Source: a virus | Lineage: Duplodnaviria > Caudoviricetes | IMG/VR virus record: IMGVR_UViG_3300048930_001392 | Span: 1-52,450 of that record | DNA length: 52,450 nucleotides | Strand: one strand, 5' to 3' | Part shown: positions 1 through 7,570 of the stretch, piece after piece | Layout: every line of letters starts with the position of its first letter | Numbering within the stretch: position 1 is the stretch's first letter | Position numbers and translations under genes: made by a program | Notes under the pieces: model-generated | What the model saw: only the letters and a program-made list of their open reading frames with translations | What the model was told of the DNA's origin: nothing | The model's database searches: none

Positions 1-135
1 GAAGTGTCCGGCTTGCACCACAACGTCTTTGGCGGTTTCCTGAGCTTGAAGGTCGGCATTTACAGCACGGGAGAAGGTGCCGTCCGCTTCAGCGACTTCA
101 GCTACCGGGCTATCGGGCAGGTTTCCAACGCCTGA
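1..135 (+). CDS. 3' end of host glycoside hydrolase family 43 (beta-xylosidase-like) gene, partial
   Basis: Frame 1 reads EVSGLHHNVFGGFLSLKVGIYSTGEGAVRFSDFSYRAIGQVSNA* (TGA 133-135), resembling the GH43 xylosidase C-terminus (EVSGxHHNV.GGFLSL). Not in the ORF track. Confidence 0.7.
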   Translation, partial: EVSGLHHNVFGGFLSLKVGIYSTGEGAVRFSDFSYRAIGQVSNA

Positions 136-536
136 ACCTGCCACGGGCTTGCTTCCATTTTTACATAATATGCATTCCCTTCCGGGTTAATTCCTTGGGA
201 GCTTGGTATATCAGCCTTTGCTGTACCCGGTAGGGTCATACCAATTGCGCATAACAACATTGCTGCACTAGCCGCTAACTTCCGTGCTAGTGCTGTCCAG
301 GCTCGTCCAGCCGCTCCGTCTGATCGGACCGCTTTGATTGCTACTAACCACTGTGCCGGGTCTTCTCCGGCCATCGTTGCCATTTGGGCTATTAGCTCCT
401 CATCGGGGTAGGCGTCTTCTTTACGCCATTGGCTAACTACCTGCCTAGATCGTCCTAGGCGTTCTGCTAGGGCCGTGTCCGTCGTTAGGTGCTGGGCTTC
501 TTTGGCCCGATCCATCAACGCCTGTAAAACACTCAT
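102..536 (-). CDS. Inovirus repressor (Xre/Cro-type HTH, DUF3693-like), read through the att core
   Basis: HTH 'TDTALAERLGRSRQVVSQWR' with SD GGAG upstream on the minus strand. Residues AYYV are encoded by the att core; the last 19 aa come from host-side DNA. Confidence 0.8.
   Translation of the reverse strand: MSVLQALMDRAKEAQHLTTDTALAERLGRSRQVVSQWRKEDAYPDEELIAQMATMAGEDPAQWLVAIKAVRSDGAAGRAWTALARKLAASAAMLLCAIGMTLPGTAKADIPSSQGINPEGNAYYVKMEASPWQVQALETCPIAR
158..185 (-). other. Left attachment junction: XerD-type arm plus dif spacer, with a non-dif XerC-side arm
   Basis: Minus strand reads CCGGAAGGGAA-TGCATA-TTATGTAAAAA. It shares TTTACATAATATGCATT (17 bp, 160-176) with 50520-50536. Confidence 0.85.
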
Positions 537-604
537 GTCCGACTCCTACTTGACAACATGTCCGACAATAGGTTGTCATACACCTGTCCGACAAACATCG
601 GACA
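536..604. promoter_or_regulatory. Inovirus divergent control region with operator-like repeats
   Basis: TGTCCGAC at 536-543, 559-566 and 585-592, with an inverted near-copy at 597-604. TTGACA at 550-555. Inverted repeat TGACAAC (551-557) / GTTGTCA (572-578). Confidence 0.65.
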
Positions 605-660
605 CCCGGGTCCGCTGCCCTAGGCGGGTCGCCCGGGTTTTCTAGGGCTAGGGCAGGGGG
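604..660. other. GC-rich multi-hairpin element (candidate ssDNA origin or packaging signal)
   Basis: ACCCGGG...CCCGGGT and CTGCCCTAG...CTAGGGCAG inverted repeats in the intergenic region. Function inferred from position only. Confidence 0.4.
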
Positions 661-667
661 TAATTCC

Positions 668-1003
668 ATGAATCACCTATTCAACCTCTGGGTCATCGGT
701 CTCGTACTGTTCTTACTGTATTGGCTTGACCGCTTTGTCTCTGCTGTTATTTCTTACCGTCAAAACCGACACGCCTCCCGCTTACGCGCATTGGCGTTCA
801 TGTCGGAAGTTCGCTTCGCTCACGCTTACGGCTTACCTCCTTTCCAGCAATCCAACGTTGCAGCCCTTCGGCAACTCGATTTGGATTCGCCCTTCGCTTA
901 CTGCCGTCCCCCAGGTACTCCATCGGGCTCTCACCGGGTAATGCCCTGTGCACAGGTGATTCAGATGCCGGGTCATCCCGATGGAGTGCCTTCTAATGCT
1001 TAA
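668..1003 (+). CDS. Inovirus hypothetical protein with N-terminal TM segment
   Basis: G-rich SD, ATG start, hydrophobic N-terminus; first gene of the rightward operon. Confidence 0.5.
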   Translation: MNHLFNLWVIGLVLFLLYWLDRFVSAVISYRQNRHASRLRALAFMSEVRFAHAYGLPPFQQSNVAALRQLDLDSPFAYCRPPGTPSGSHRVMPCAQVIQMPGHPDGVPSNA

Positions 1004-1163
1004 GGTCAATCTCTGGCTCCTTGCGTGGTTCGTTCCCTTGTGGCTCCTGCGTTCAGTTGAACCGGGTCTAGGTCGTTGGGCTCTCTGCCTCATCGTCGTC
1101 TATGCCTTCGTTCAATGGCTAGTTGCCTTGGTCGTCCTCGTTCGTAGTGGGGTGGGCAAATGA
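981..1163 (+). CDS. Small inovirus membrane protein (start may be ATG 996)
   Basis: Two hydrophobic segments; its stop overlaps the next start (ATGA). Confidence 0.5.
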   Translation: MECLLMLKVNLWLLAWFVPLWLLRSVEPGLGRWALCLIVVYAFVQWLVALVVLVRSGVGK

Positions 1164-1399
1164 CAACGCCTAGCAATCCTGAGCGATTGACCTTCGAGGA
1201 TTACCTCGGTCGTGCTTTTGTCTACGCCGTGGGTACTGCCATTGTTATCGCAACCGCATCAGTTGCTTCTTTCTTAGCTCTGTTCGTTATCAGTAAAGCG
1301 CATTGCGAGTTCAGGCCAGAGTCGCAGCGTTGCATTGCCATAGAAGCTCGAGCCGCTGCTCGTGAGGCTCGTGGTGTCAATTCAGGGCTCTATCCATGA
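1160..1399 (+). CDS. Small inovirus membrane protein
   Basis: ATGA-coupled at both ends; one TM segment. Confidence 0.55.
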   Translation: MTTPSNPERLTFEDYLGRAFVYAVGTAIVIATASVASFLALFVISKAHCEFRPESQRCIAIEARAAAREARGVNSGLYP

Positions 1400-1593
1400 G
1401 CCCGGTCGTCTGTGAAGACTGTGATGACCCTGTGGTGCCCACGGTGACCGGCTGGTATCGATGCCGCATGTGTGGCTATGAATCGCTGCGTGCGCCTGTT
1501 CCGCGTCCTTCTAGCGGCCTCGATTCCTACATAGATTCACAGCTTGGAAGCGCCGCAGGCGCTGGGCTTGTCTCTTTATTCGATAAGTCATAA
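1396..1593 (+). CDS. Small zinc-ribbon-like protein
   Basis: CEDC...CRMC motif; ATGA-coupled start; its 3' part overlaps the putative origin. Confidence 0.45.
   Translation: MSPVVCEDCDDPVVPTVTGWYRCRMCGYESLRAPVPRPSSGLDSYIDSQLGSAAGAGLVSLFDKS
1549..1590 (+). other. Candidate plus-strand (double-strand) origin hairpins
   Basis: GCGCC-GCA-GGCGC hairpin followed by GCTTGTC-N9-GATAAGT, immediately upstream of rep. Confidence 0.5.
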
Positions 1594-1598
1594 GCCAT

Positions 1599-2435
1599 AT
1601 GCAAATTTCTACAGGCCAAATGAAGCAGACACGTATCGTGAAGATGCAGAAGGGTGTTATCGCCGCTGGTCGTGCTTTGGATAACAAAGCTCGTGAGCTT
1701 TACGGTGAACCTCGTTTCATTCCCCAGGGCAAGAAAGGGGCAGGGGAGTACTCCAAAGCTTCTCCGTACCGTGCCGCGCTTATCACGCTCACCTATGCCC
1801 CCGGTGTTGATTGGCAACCTGACCACATTGCCAAACTACTTACCCACTATCGCAACTGGTTTAAGCGCAATGCGAAGGGTCATCCGTTCCTGTACGTCTG
1901 GACGGTAGAGCTACAGCAACGCGGCATTCCGCATTACCACATCGTTGTATGGCTTCCCCGTGGTGTTGTTCCGCCATTGCCTGACTCCCAAGGCTGGTGG
2001 CCGCACGGCAAAACCAATGCCATCTATGCCCGTTCTCCGGTTGGCTACATCGCCAAATACGCCAGCAAAGGTGAAAACCAATCTGGTCATCACTTGCCTC
2101 CACGCTGCCGCCTCTGGGGCCACGGTGGTCTAACGATGGTCGAACGTGGGGAAATTGCATTCGCTACCTGTCCACGCTGGCTCAAGGGCGTTATTCACCA
2201 TGAAGCGCACCCCATCAAGAAAAGTGTCGAAGTGCTTACTACCTTGGCCTCCGGAAAGGTCGAAGTTATCAAGCGAGCTGCATGGGTGCTTAAAGCTGGC
2301 TTGGCCGCTGGATGGGCCTTCTTCTCTCCTTTTGACTTCGACGGTTTTTCAGAATCAGGAATCACGCTACGCCATCTCGGCGTGATTGAGGCCCTGACTC
2401 CCGATGGCGATTCCTTTCTCATCGCACATTCCTAA
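1599..2435 (+). CDS. rep: Rolling-circle replication initiator (HUH endonuclease)
   Basis: Motif I ITLTY, motif II PHYHIVVW, motif III YIAKYASK. Confidence 0.9.
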   Translation: MQISTGQMKQTRIVKMQKGVIAAGRALDNKARELYGEPRFIPQGKKGAGEYSKASPYRAALITLTYAPGVDWQPDHIAKLLTHYRNWFKRNAKGHPFLYVWTVELQQRGIPHYHIVVWLPRGVVPPLPDSQGWWPHGKTNAIYARSPVGYIAKYASKGENQSGHHLPPRCRLWGHGGLTMVERGEIAFATCPRWLKGVIHHEAHPIKKSVEVLTTLASGKVEVIKRAAWVLKAGLAAGWAFFSPFDFDGFSESGITLRHLGVIEALTPDGDSFLIAHS

Positions 2436-2447
2436 ATAGGGCTATTT

Positions 2448-2750
2448 ATGCAGCTTCTCATCGAAATTTTTTCCAATTCCACTCGGACCATCAAGGGCAA
2501 GAAAAAGGACGGTACACCGTTCGAAATGCAGAAGCAGGAAGGCTACTGGCACGCCGGCAAGGCTTACCCGGACCGCTTTGAATTCACGCCTCCGCGTGAC
2601 TTGCCGAACGGCTATCCGCCTGGGCGCTATGAAGTCGCGTTGGAGTCGTTCCGCATCAACGGCGAATACCAGTCGTTCGAAATGGACCCCTACAACTTCA
2701 AGCTGCTCAAGCTTGCCGATGAACCTGCCAAGGTTGCGAAGGTCGGCTAA
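2448..2750 (+). CDS. ssDNA-binding protein (pV-like)
   Basis: About 100 aa directly after rep; 'GKKKDGTPFEM..Q...YPPGRY' G5P-type pattern. Confidence 0.8.
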   Translation: MQLLIEIFSNSTRTIKGKKKDGTPFEMQKQEGYWHAGKAYPDRFEFTPPRDLPNGYPPGRYEVALESFRINGEYQSFEMDPYNFKLLKLADEPAKVAKVG

Positions 2751-2941
2751 TGCGTCAACTCGCTTGCATCGCATGGGATGAGGTTACAGACACCTGTACG
2801 ACGCAGGCGTGGGTAGAACATCCGTCAATTCTCCCCCCTTTGACGGATGCGGAACGGGACCAATTGGTTGTAGAGATAGCTACGTTGTGGGCTATCGCTT
2901 TCTGCCTCCGGTTGGTCTTCCGTTTCATTTGGAGGGGGTAA
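2750..2941 (+). CDS. Minor coat protein (pVII/pIX-like)
   Basis: C-x8-C N-terminus and C-terminal TM segment; lies between gV and pVIII. Confidence 0.65.
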   Translation: MRQLACIAWDEVTDTCTTQAWVEHPSILPPLTDAERDQLVVEIATLWAIAFCLRLVFRFIWRG

Positions 2942-2965
2942 CAGCCTCAAACATGGGAGAACATC

Positions 2966-3091
2966 ATGACCGAGGTAATTGCTGACATCGCTGCTGTCGG
3001 CCCCACGCTGGAAGCAATCGGCGGTGCGGTCATCGGCTTGGCGGTGATTGCCCTCACCTTCAAGTGGGCAAAGGGCATGGTGCTTTCCTAA
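2966..3091 (+). CDS. Major coat protein pVIII, 41 aa, no signal peptide
   Basis: Missing from the ORF track. SD GGAGA 2956-2960. MTEVIADIAAVGPTLEAIGGAVIGLAVIALTFKWAKGMVLS* has an acidic N-terminus, one TM helix and a basic C-terminus, and is followed by a terminator. Confidence 0.9.
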   Translation: MTEVIADIAAVGPTLEAIGGAVIGLAVIALTFKWAKGMVLS

Positions 3092-3110
3092 TAGGGAAAG
3101 TGCCGTTTCC

Positions 3111-3140
3111 GCCCCCGGTCATGTGGCCGGGGGTTTTCTT
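3111..3140 (+). terminator. Rho-independent terminator after the coat gene
   Basis: GCCCCCGGTC-ATGT-GGCCGGGGGT stem followed by a T-rich tract. Confidence 0.85.
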
Positions 3141-3156
3141 CTTTCCGGGGTATCTC

Positions 3157-3219
3157 ATGGAAAATTATTTCTACGTGGTCGGTGTGCTGGGGGCGTTATG
3201 GATTTTGTTCGCGCCGTGA
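3157..3219 (+). CDS. 20-aa hydrophobic minor coat peptide (pIX-like)
   Basis: MENYFYVVGVLGALWILFAP*, with GGGG SD; overlaps the pIII start. Not in the ORF track. Confidence 0.55.
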   Translation: MENYFYVVGVLGALWILFAP

Positions 3220-4580
3220 TTGCATCCGTCATTCGTGCGCTATGTATAGGGCTTATCCTGTACGCCGTTGCAGCGTATTCGCCGAACGCGCTCGCGCAAA
3301 CTGGTACCTGTCCGCCCACAGATTCACCAGCTACACGTCCCTGTGACCAAGGGCAAGCTAAATCAGCCGCCACTTCGTGGTCGGGCGCAGCAGCTAAATG
3401 CCAGGCGATAACCGGCCCCGGTCATCCCTACAATGTCATTGCTCCAACACATTCCCAGAATTCAGCGCAAGACGGTTATTACGTTGCTAATGCGCAATGT
3501 ATGTACAACGGCAGCGTTGCTTCTACCGTTTCATCATTTCCAACGGTTTACTATTACGGTTCAACGTGCCTCACAGGGCAGTACCGTTCCGGCCTCTCGG
3601 ATAGCTTCAACTACATAGGCTCGCTTCCTGAATGTCTAGACGGTTGCAAGGTCACCTATGGCCCTCGCGTAGAGACAACATTCAATGGGTCTACCGCCAT
3701 AAGCGGTACGGGTCGCGCGTATACCGGCGACGTGTGTCCCACAACGTCTCCTCCATCGCCCACCAAGCAAGAGGCCACGCAACCGCCAGAGGACGTATGT
3801 TCACCGGCCGGTAACGGCCAGACGATGTGCGTTAAGCCTAGTGGCGAGCATTGCTCAACATCTGCGCGTGGCAATCAATTTTGCTGGTCTCCTAATGAGA
3901 CAGGCACTAAAACAAATGAAGAGGCTGCACAGAAAAAAGACGTGACGGGTAAGCCTGTAACTCCTCCCAATGTTTCGATACCCAATGACAAGGAATGGAA
4001 TAGGGAAGAGGGTCATCAAGCTACCGCTTGCGTCAATTCGACCTGTACCACGTACAACATCTCCAACTTTACTCAGGTACCGCGTGGCTCCGGTAATGAT
4101 GGTGGGGACGGTACTGAAGAGGAATCGTCCGAAGGTGCAGAAGATGGTGAAGAGCATGACGGCTACGGTAACGGGGCTGTTAACTGCGATGTTCCGCCGC
4201 AGTGCTCTAGCAAAAGCGACGCTATCGGTTGCGCGATGCTCAAACAACATTTCAACCTTACCTGTAGGGAAGGTGATGATGATTATTCCGGCGTTCCGGA
4301 TGGCATAGCAGATGCAGACATAGAAAAGCCCGTATCTGGAATCTTCCAAGCGGGTGAGGGTGGTAATGGCGGTGAGTATGGTGATGTAGACATGTCTGGT
4401 TGGGCTGGCACCGGTGCATGTCCTGTAGTGCTTTCCTTCACCATCCCTCGGTTTGGTACGTACACCATGGACGGAGAGTGGATATGCCACGTCCTTGACG
4501 TATTACGGGCTCTTATCAATGTCCTCGCTGGCATACACGCCGGTTTCATCATCGCAAGCGGTTTTAGGAAAGGAGGTTAA
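3198..4580 (+). CDS. Adsorption protein pIII
   Basis: Signal peptide ending ALA-Q, Cys-rich N-terminal domains, Gly/acidic linker, C-terminal CP..C and TM anchor. Start placed at ATG 3198 because 3048 overlaps pVIII and the terminator. Confidence 0.85.
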   Translation: MDFVRAVIASVIRALCIGLILYAVAAYSPNALAQTGTCPPTDSPATRPCDQGQAKSAATSWSGAAAKCQAITGPGHPYNVIAPTHSQNSAQDGYYVANAQCMYNGSVASTVSSFPTVYYYGSTCLTGQYRSGLSDSFNYIGSLPECLDGCKVTYGPRVETTFNGSTAISGTGRAYTGDVCPTTSPPSPTKQEATQPPEDVCSPAGNGQTMCVKPSGEHCSTSARGNQFCWSPNETGTKTNEEAAQKKDVTGKPVTPPNVSIPNDKEWNREEGHQATACVNSTCTTYNISNFTQVPRGSGNDGGDGTEEESSEGAEDGEEHDGYGNGAVNCDVPPQCSSKSDAIGCAMLKQHFNLTCREGDDDYSGVPDGIADADIEKPVSGIFQAGEGGNGGEYGDVDMSGWAGTGACPVVLSFTIPRFGTYTMDGEWICHVLDVLRALINVLAGIHAGFIIASGFRKGG

Positions 4581-4582
4581 CG

Positions 4583-4915
4583 ATGCCAGGTCCACTCGCT
4601 GCGCTAGGTCTTGCCGCCTTTTGGACTGGCCTTACGCTCGTCATAAAGAACAGTTTCAAGTATGCAGTTTCTAAAGCGCCTGCATGGTTTGCACATGTTC
4701 TTGGCGCGTTGGGTTTGTACTATTTCGTCGCAGAACCGCTTACAGAGTTCGGCCTTGAATGGGTCAAGGGACAATTCGATGGTCTATCTGGTACCGTGGC
4801 TGAAACGGTCTATTACCTCGATGTAGATAACTACATCAGTGCCGTTTTTTCTGCTTATGCAGTTCGTGCCGCTAGTGGTGCCGCTAAAGCTGCTGTACTC
4901 GCCAAAAAACCATAA
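4583..4915 (+). CDS. Minor coat protein pVI (DUF2523-like)
   Basis: About 110 aa, hydrophobic, between pIII and Zot; strong SD AGGAGG. Confidence 0.8.
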   Translation: MPGPLAALGLAAFWTGLTLVIKNSFKYAVSKAPAWFAHVLGALGLYYFVAEPLTEFGLEWVKGQFDGLSGTVAETVYYLDVDNYISAVFSAYAVRAASGAAKAAVLAKKP

Positions 4916-4936
4916 AAATAATTTCTAGGGCGCAAC

Positions 4937-6124
4937 ATGCTTACTCTCATCCTCGCGCAACCGCGCACGGGTAAATCACAGCTTGCTGTTAAGTTCGGTC
5001 TCCAACATATAAAGGAGGGCAAGCGTGTATTCGTTACCAATTTCAACCAGACAGAGGAACAGCGTCTAAAGTCCGGTTTCGAGCGTTATGACACGCCTCA
5101 AGAATGGTGGGGGCCAGACGGTACAGAATTCGCTCCTGCCCATCCTGAGTGGCAAAACCCGCTTCCGCATGGCTCGGTTTGGATAATCGACGAAGCCCAG
5201 GACATATTTCCCCAACGCGGTAAAGACAGACAGCTCCCTGACTTTATCAAGCTGTTTTCCAAGCACGGTCATCATGACCTCACCATCTACATACTCACGC
5301 AAGATGCATCCCAGCTAGACGTGCATCTTCGCCGCAATACCAATTTAACGCTGCACATGACGCGCCCGCTCATGATGCGGAAAGCGAATATCTACACGTT
5401 CCGCGGCTATCAAGAAATGCCGAACGATGCTTGGCGCCGTAGCCAAGTCTGGAAGTCTGCTGAAACTAAAACCACGTTCAAATACAGCAAGAAATATCAG
5501 GACCTCTATGTTTCCGCATCTGCGCATGAATCTATCAAGCTGCGATTTCCGCCCAAGCTTTTATTCCTTCCTGTTCTTCTTGGGCTTGTCGTTTGGCTTT
5601 TGTATTTCAGTTATTCACGCCTCATGGGTGGTGATGAGGTAACAACCCCTATTGAGGCAGCCGCGTCGTTGGCAACCGGCGCGGTAGCGCCTGCCGACGC
5701 GGCCTCCGCTTCCACCAATACCGCAGGCAACAACAAGCGAACGCTAACAACAGAGGAATACCTCGCTCAATGGAAACCCCGTGTTCCCGGGGTTCCTAAC
5801 TCGGCTCCTGCTTATGATGGTTTTGAGGTGCAGGACTATCCCCGTCCTTACTGCATCATTTCAGGCAATCCCACGACTGGGGATTGCTCTTGCTACACCC
5901 AACAAGCTACCTATCTCGACATTCCCGATGATGATTGCCGCCGCTATGTGAAGGGTGGGGTATGGGACCCTTACCGTAAGCCCTCATCCGCTCCCCAGAA
6001 TGAAGGGAACACTGCTGCATCAGCCGATGCGTCTAGCACTGGCTCTGTGGTTATTCCTAATGCCGTCAATGGGTCCCAGACCTTCCCCGAGTCTCCCCAC
6101 TACGTCCCCGGTGATGGGGGGTAG
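4937..6124 (+). CDS. zot: Zot-family assembly ATPase pI
   Basis: Walker A AQPRTGKS, Walker B IIDEAQ, one TM segment and a periplasmic CxCYTQQ motif. Confidence 0.92.
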   Translation: MLTLILAQPRTGKSQLAVKFGLQHIKEGKRVFVTNFNQTEEQRLKSGFERYDTPQEWWGPDGTEFAPAHPEWQNPLPHGSVWIIDEAQDIFPQRGKDRQLPDFIKLFSKHGHHDLTIYILTQDASQLDVHLRRNTNLTLHMTRPLMMRKANIYTFRGYQEMPNDAWRRSQVWKSAETKTTFKYSKKYQDLYVSASAHESIKLRFPPKLLFLPVLLGLVVWLLYFSYSRLMGGDEVTTPIEAAASLATGAVAPADAASASTNTAGNNKRTLTTEEYLAQWKPRVPGVPNSAPAYDGFEVQDYPRPYCIISGNPTTGDCSCYTQQATYLDIPDDDCRRYVKGGVWDPYRKPSSAPQNEGNTAASADASSTGSVVIPNAVNGSQTFPESPHYVPGDGG

Positions 6125-6137
6125 GGCTATGCCCTAC
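6121..6137. other. Hairpin between zot and the convergent DUF3653 gene
   Basis: GTAGGGC-TAT-GCCCTAC perfect stem. Confidence 0.5.
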
Positions 6138-6146
6138 GGTGACGCC

Positions 6147-6452
6147 TTACCCCGCACGCCTCCCGAAGTGACGTTCTTGCCAGTCGCGTAATTCCACGAT
6201 AACAACTTTGACCTTCGTCCCCTGCCGAGCCGCTTTTTCAGCTTTACGCCTTGATTGGTGGCCCGCTCGTCGTAGCTCCATTTCGTCACGCCATGCAATG
6301 CCCAGGACGCGACGTTCGCTTAGGTGCTGACCATCTGGGGTTACGAAATATCTTCCTTCCTCGGTGAATCGCCAGCCTCGCCATGCTGGGTGTACTTCTG
6401 CTGTCACGGGTACTTCGATTACCTGCCTACCTTCCTTAGTTAAGTACTTCAC
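6147..6452 (-). CDS. DUF3653-like protein, candidate Xer activation factor (XafT-like)
   Basis: 'WRGWRF...YFVTPDG' pattern. Its GTG start overlaps the TGA of the reconstituted circular-form repressor. XafT of TLC phage contains DUF3653. Confidence 0.65.
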   Translation of the reverse strand: MKYLTKEGRQVIEVPVTAEVHPAWRGWRFTEEGRYFVTPDGQHLSERRVLGIAWRDEMELRRAGHQSRRKAEKAARQGTKVKVVIVELRDWQERHFGRRAG

Positions 6453-6537
6453 ATTCTGGCCTCAATGTATGGTTTAGAAGCGCCAGCAAGCTTCGTGCCA
6501 AGCCACGTTTTAACCAGTCCCCACAGGAATGACCTTC

Positions 6538-6565
6538 TCCGAACATAATATGCAGTAGTTTAGAT
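6538..6565 (-). other. Middle attachment junction between the two prophages
   Basis: Minus strand reads ATCTAAACTAC-TGCATA-TTATGTTCGGA; core ACATAATATGCA at 6543-6554. Confidence 0.85.
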
Positions 6566-6569
6566 GCCA

Positions 6570-6593
6570 TAACCGTTTGAAATCAGTGGGTTG
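6570..6593. promoter_or_regulatory. Back-to-back IHF-like sites at the left prophage end
   Basis: TAACCGTTTGAAA (near-match, reverse orientation) and AATCAGTGGGTTG (match to WATCARN4TTR). Confidence 0.5.
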
Positions 6594-6610
6594 CCGAACA
6601 GGGGTATTCG

Positions 6611-7570
6611 GTGATCCAACAGCTTGAACACTACACGAAGGGGCCAAAAAAGCCCCCATTGCACCACCTGGGCCATCATCCAACGATTGGCGCTGAAGCG
6701 CCCGAAACGGCGGTTTCGCCCGCGTTCCGATATCACGGGGCCAAGTTCCGGCTGTCGGGCTGGGTGCAGCAGCACTTCCCGCCCCATGTCACGTATGTAG
6801 AGCCATTCGGTGGAGCGGCCGGCGTATTGCTGACCAAGCCGCGCGCCTACGCGGAGGTCTACAACGACCTGGATGGCGATGTCGTCAATTTCTTTCGGGT
6901 GCTTCAAGACCCAACCCACCGCGACCGCCTTGTCGAGCTTTGCTACCTGACGCCATACGCTCGATCAGAATTTGAATTGGCGTGGGAGCCTACAGACGAT
7001 GCCGTGGAGCGGGCGCGGCGTCTGGTCATCCGCGCGCAAATGGGCTTCGGTTCTGCTGGCGCTACGAAAGGCAAGACCGGCTTTCGAATCGACACCGATC
7101 GGGCCTACGGCACATCCCAACACCATTGGGCAACCTATCCCGCAAGCTTGGCCGTCGTCGCCCAGCGATTCACGCAAGTGCTGATTGAAAACCGGCCCGC
7201 GATCGAAGTCATGCGCCAGCACGACGGGGCCAGCACGTTGCACTACGTTGACCCGCCATACCTACATTCCACACGGGTAATGTCATCGGGCAAAGCGGGT
7301 TACTACCGGCATGAAATGTCGGAAGAGGACCACATCGCCCTGTTGGACGTGCTGCTGGATCTGGAAGGCGCCGTGGTCGTTTCCGGTTACCCGTCCGCGC
7401 TGTACGACCAGCGCCTGGCTGGTTGGGCCAAGCATGAAACTGCAGCGCGTATTTCGGCAGGCCGCGGAACCGCTTTCAGAACCGAGTGCCTTTGGCTAAA
7501 CGGCGTAGCTGTGGCAGGGCTCGCACCGGACTGGCGACAGGTGTCACTGGGCATGGATGGTGTCGAATGA
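6611..7570 (+). CDS. Orphan Dam-like N6-adenine DNA methyltransferase
   Basis: YHGAK, YVEPFGGAAGV, YNDLD and DPPY motifs; start position uncertain. Confidence 0.9.
   Translation: MIQQLEHYTKGPKKPPLHHLGHHPTIGAEAPETAVSPAFRYHGAKFRLSGWVQQHFPPHVTYVEPFGGAAGVLLTKPRAYAEVYNDLDGDVVNFFRVLQDPTHRDRLVELCYLTPYARSEFELAWEPTDDAVERARRLVIRAQMGFGSAGATKGKTGFRIDTDRAYGTSQHHWATYPASLAVVAQRFTQVLIENRPAIEVMRQHDGASTLHYVDPPYLHSTRVMSSGKAGYYRHEMSEEDHIALLDVLLDLEGAVVVSGYPSALYDQRLAGWAKHETAARISAGRGTAFRTECLWLNGVAVAGLAPDWRQVSLGMDGVE

Larger units (their letters stand above)
163..6554. mobile_element. Integrated filamentous phage (inovirus), 6,380-bp unit
   Basis: Bounded by direct repeats of ACATAATATGCA. Canonical gene order rep-gV-minor coat-pVIII-pIII-pVI-zot. 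Visibly more AT-rich than the tailed prophage. Confidence 0.95.

Noticed and set aside
559-593. Cross-regulation via CCGACA shared by inovirus operators and the tailed late motif
   Set aside because: A 6-bp overlap is expected by chance, and the flanking bases differ.
4937-6124. Zot as an enterotoxin
   Set aside because: Its position after pVI and its domain layout fit the inovirus assembly ATPase pI; nothing indicates toxin function.
6526-6565. CTX-type folded ssDNA attP
   Set aside because: Only 5-6 bp inverted matches (GGAATG/CATTCC; ACTAC/GTAGT) exist around the rebuilt attPs, with no second inverted dif-like copy.
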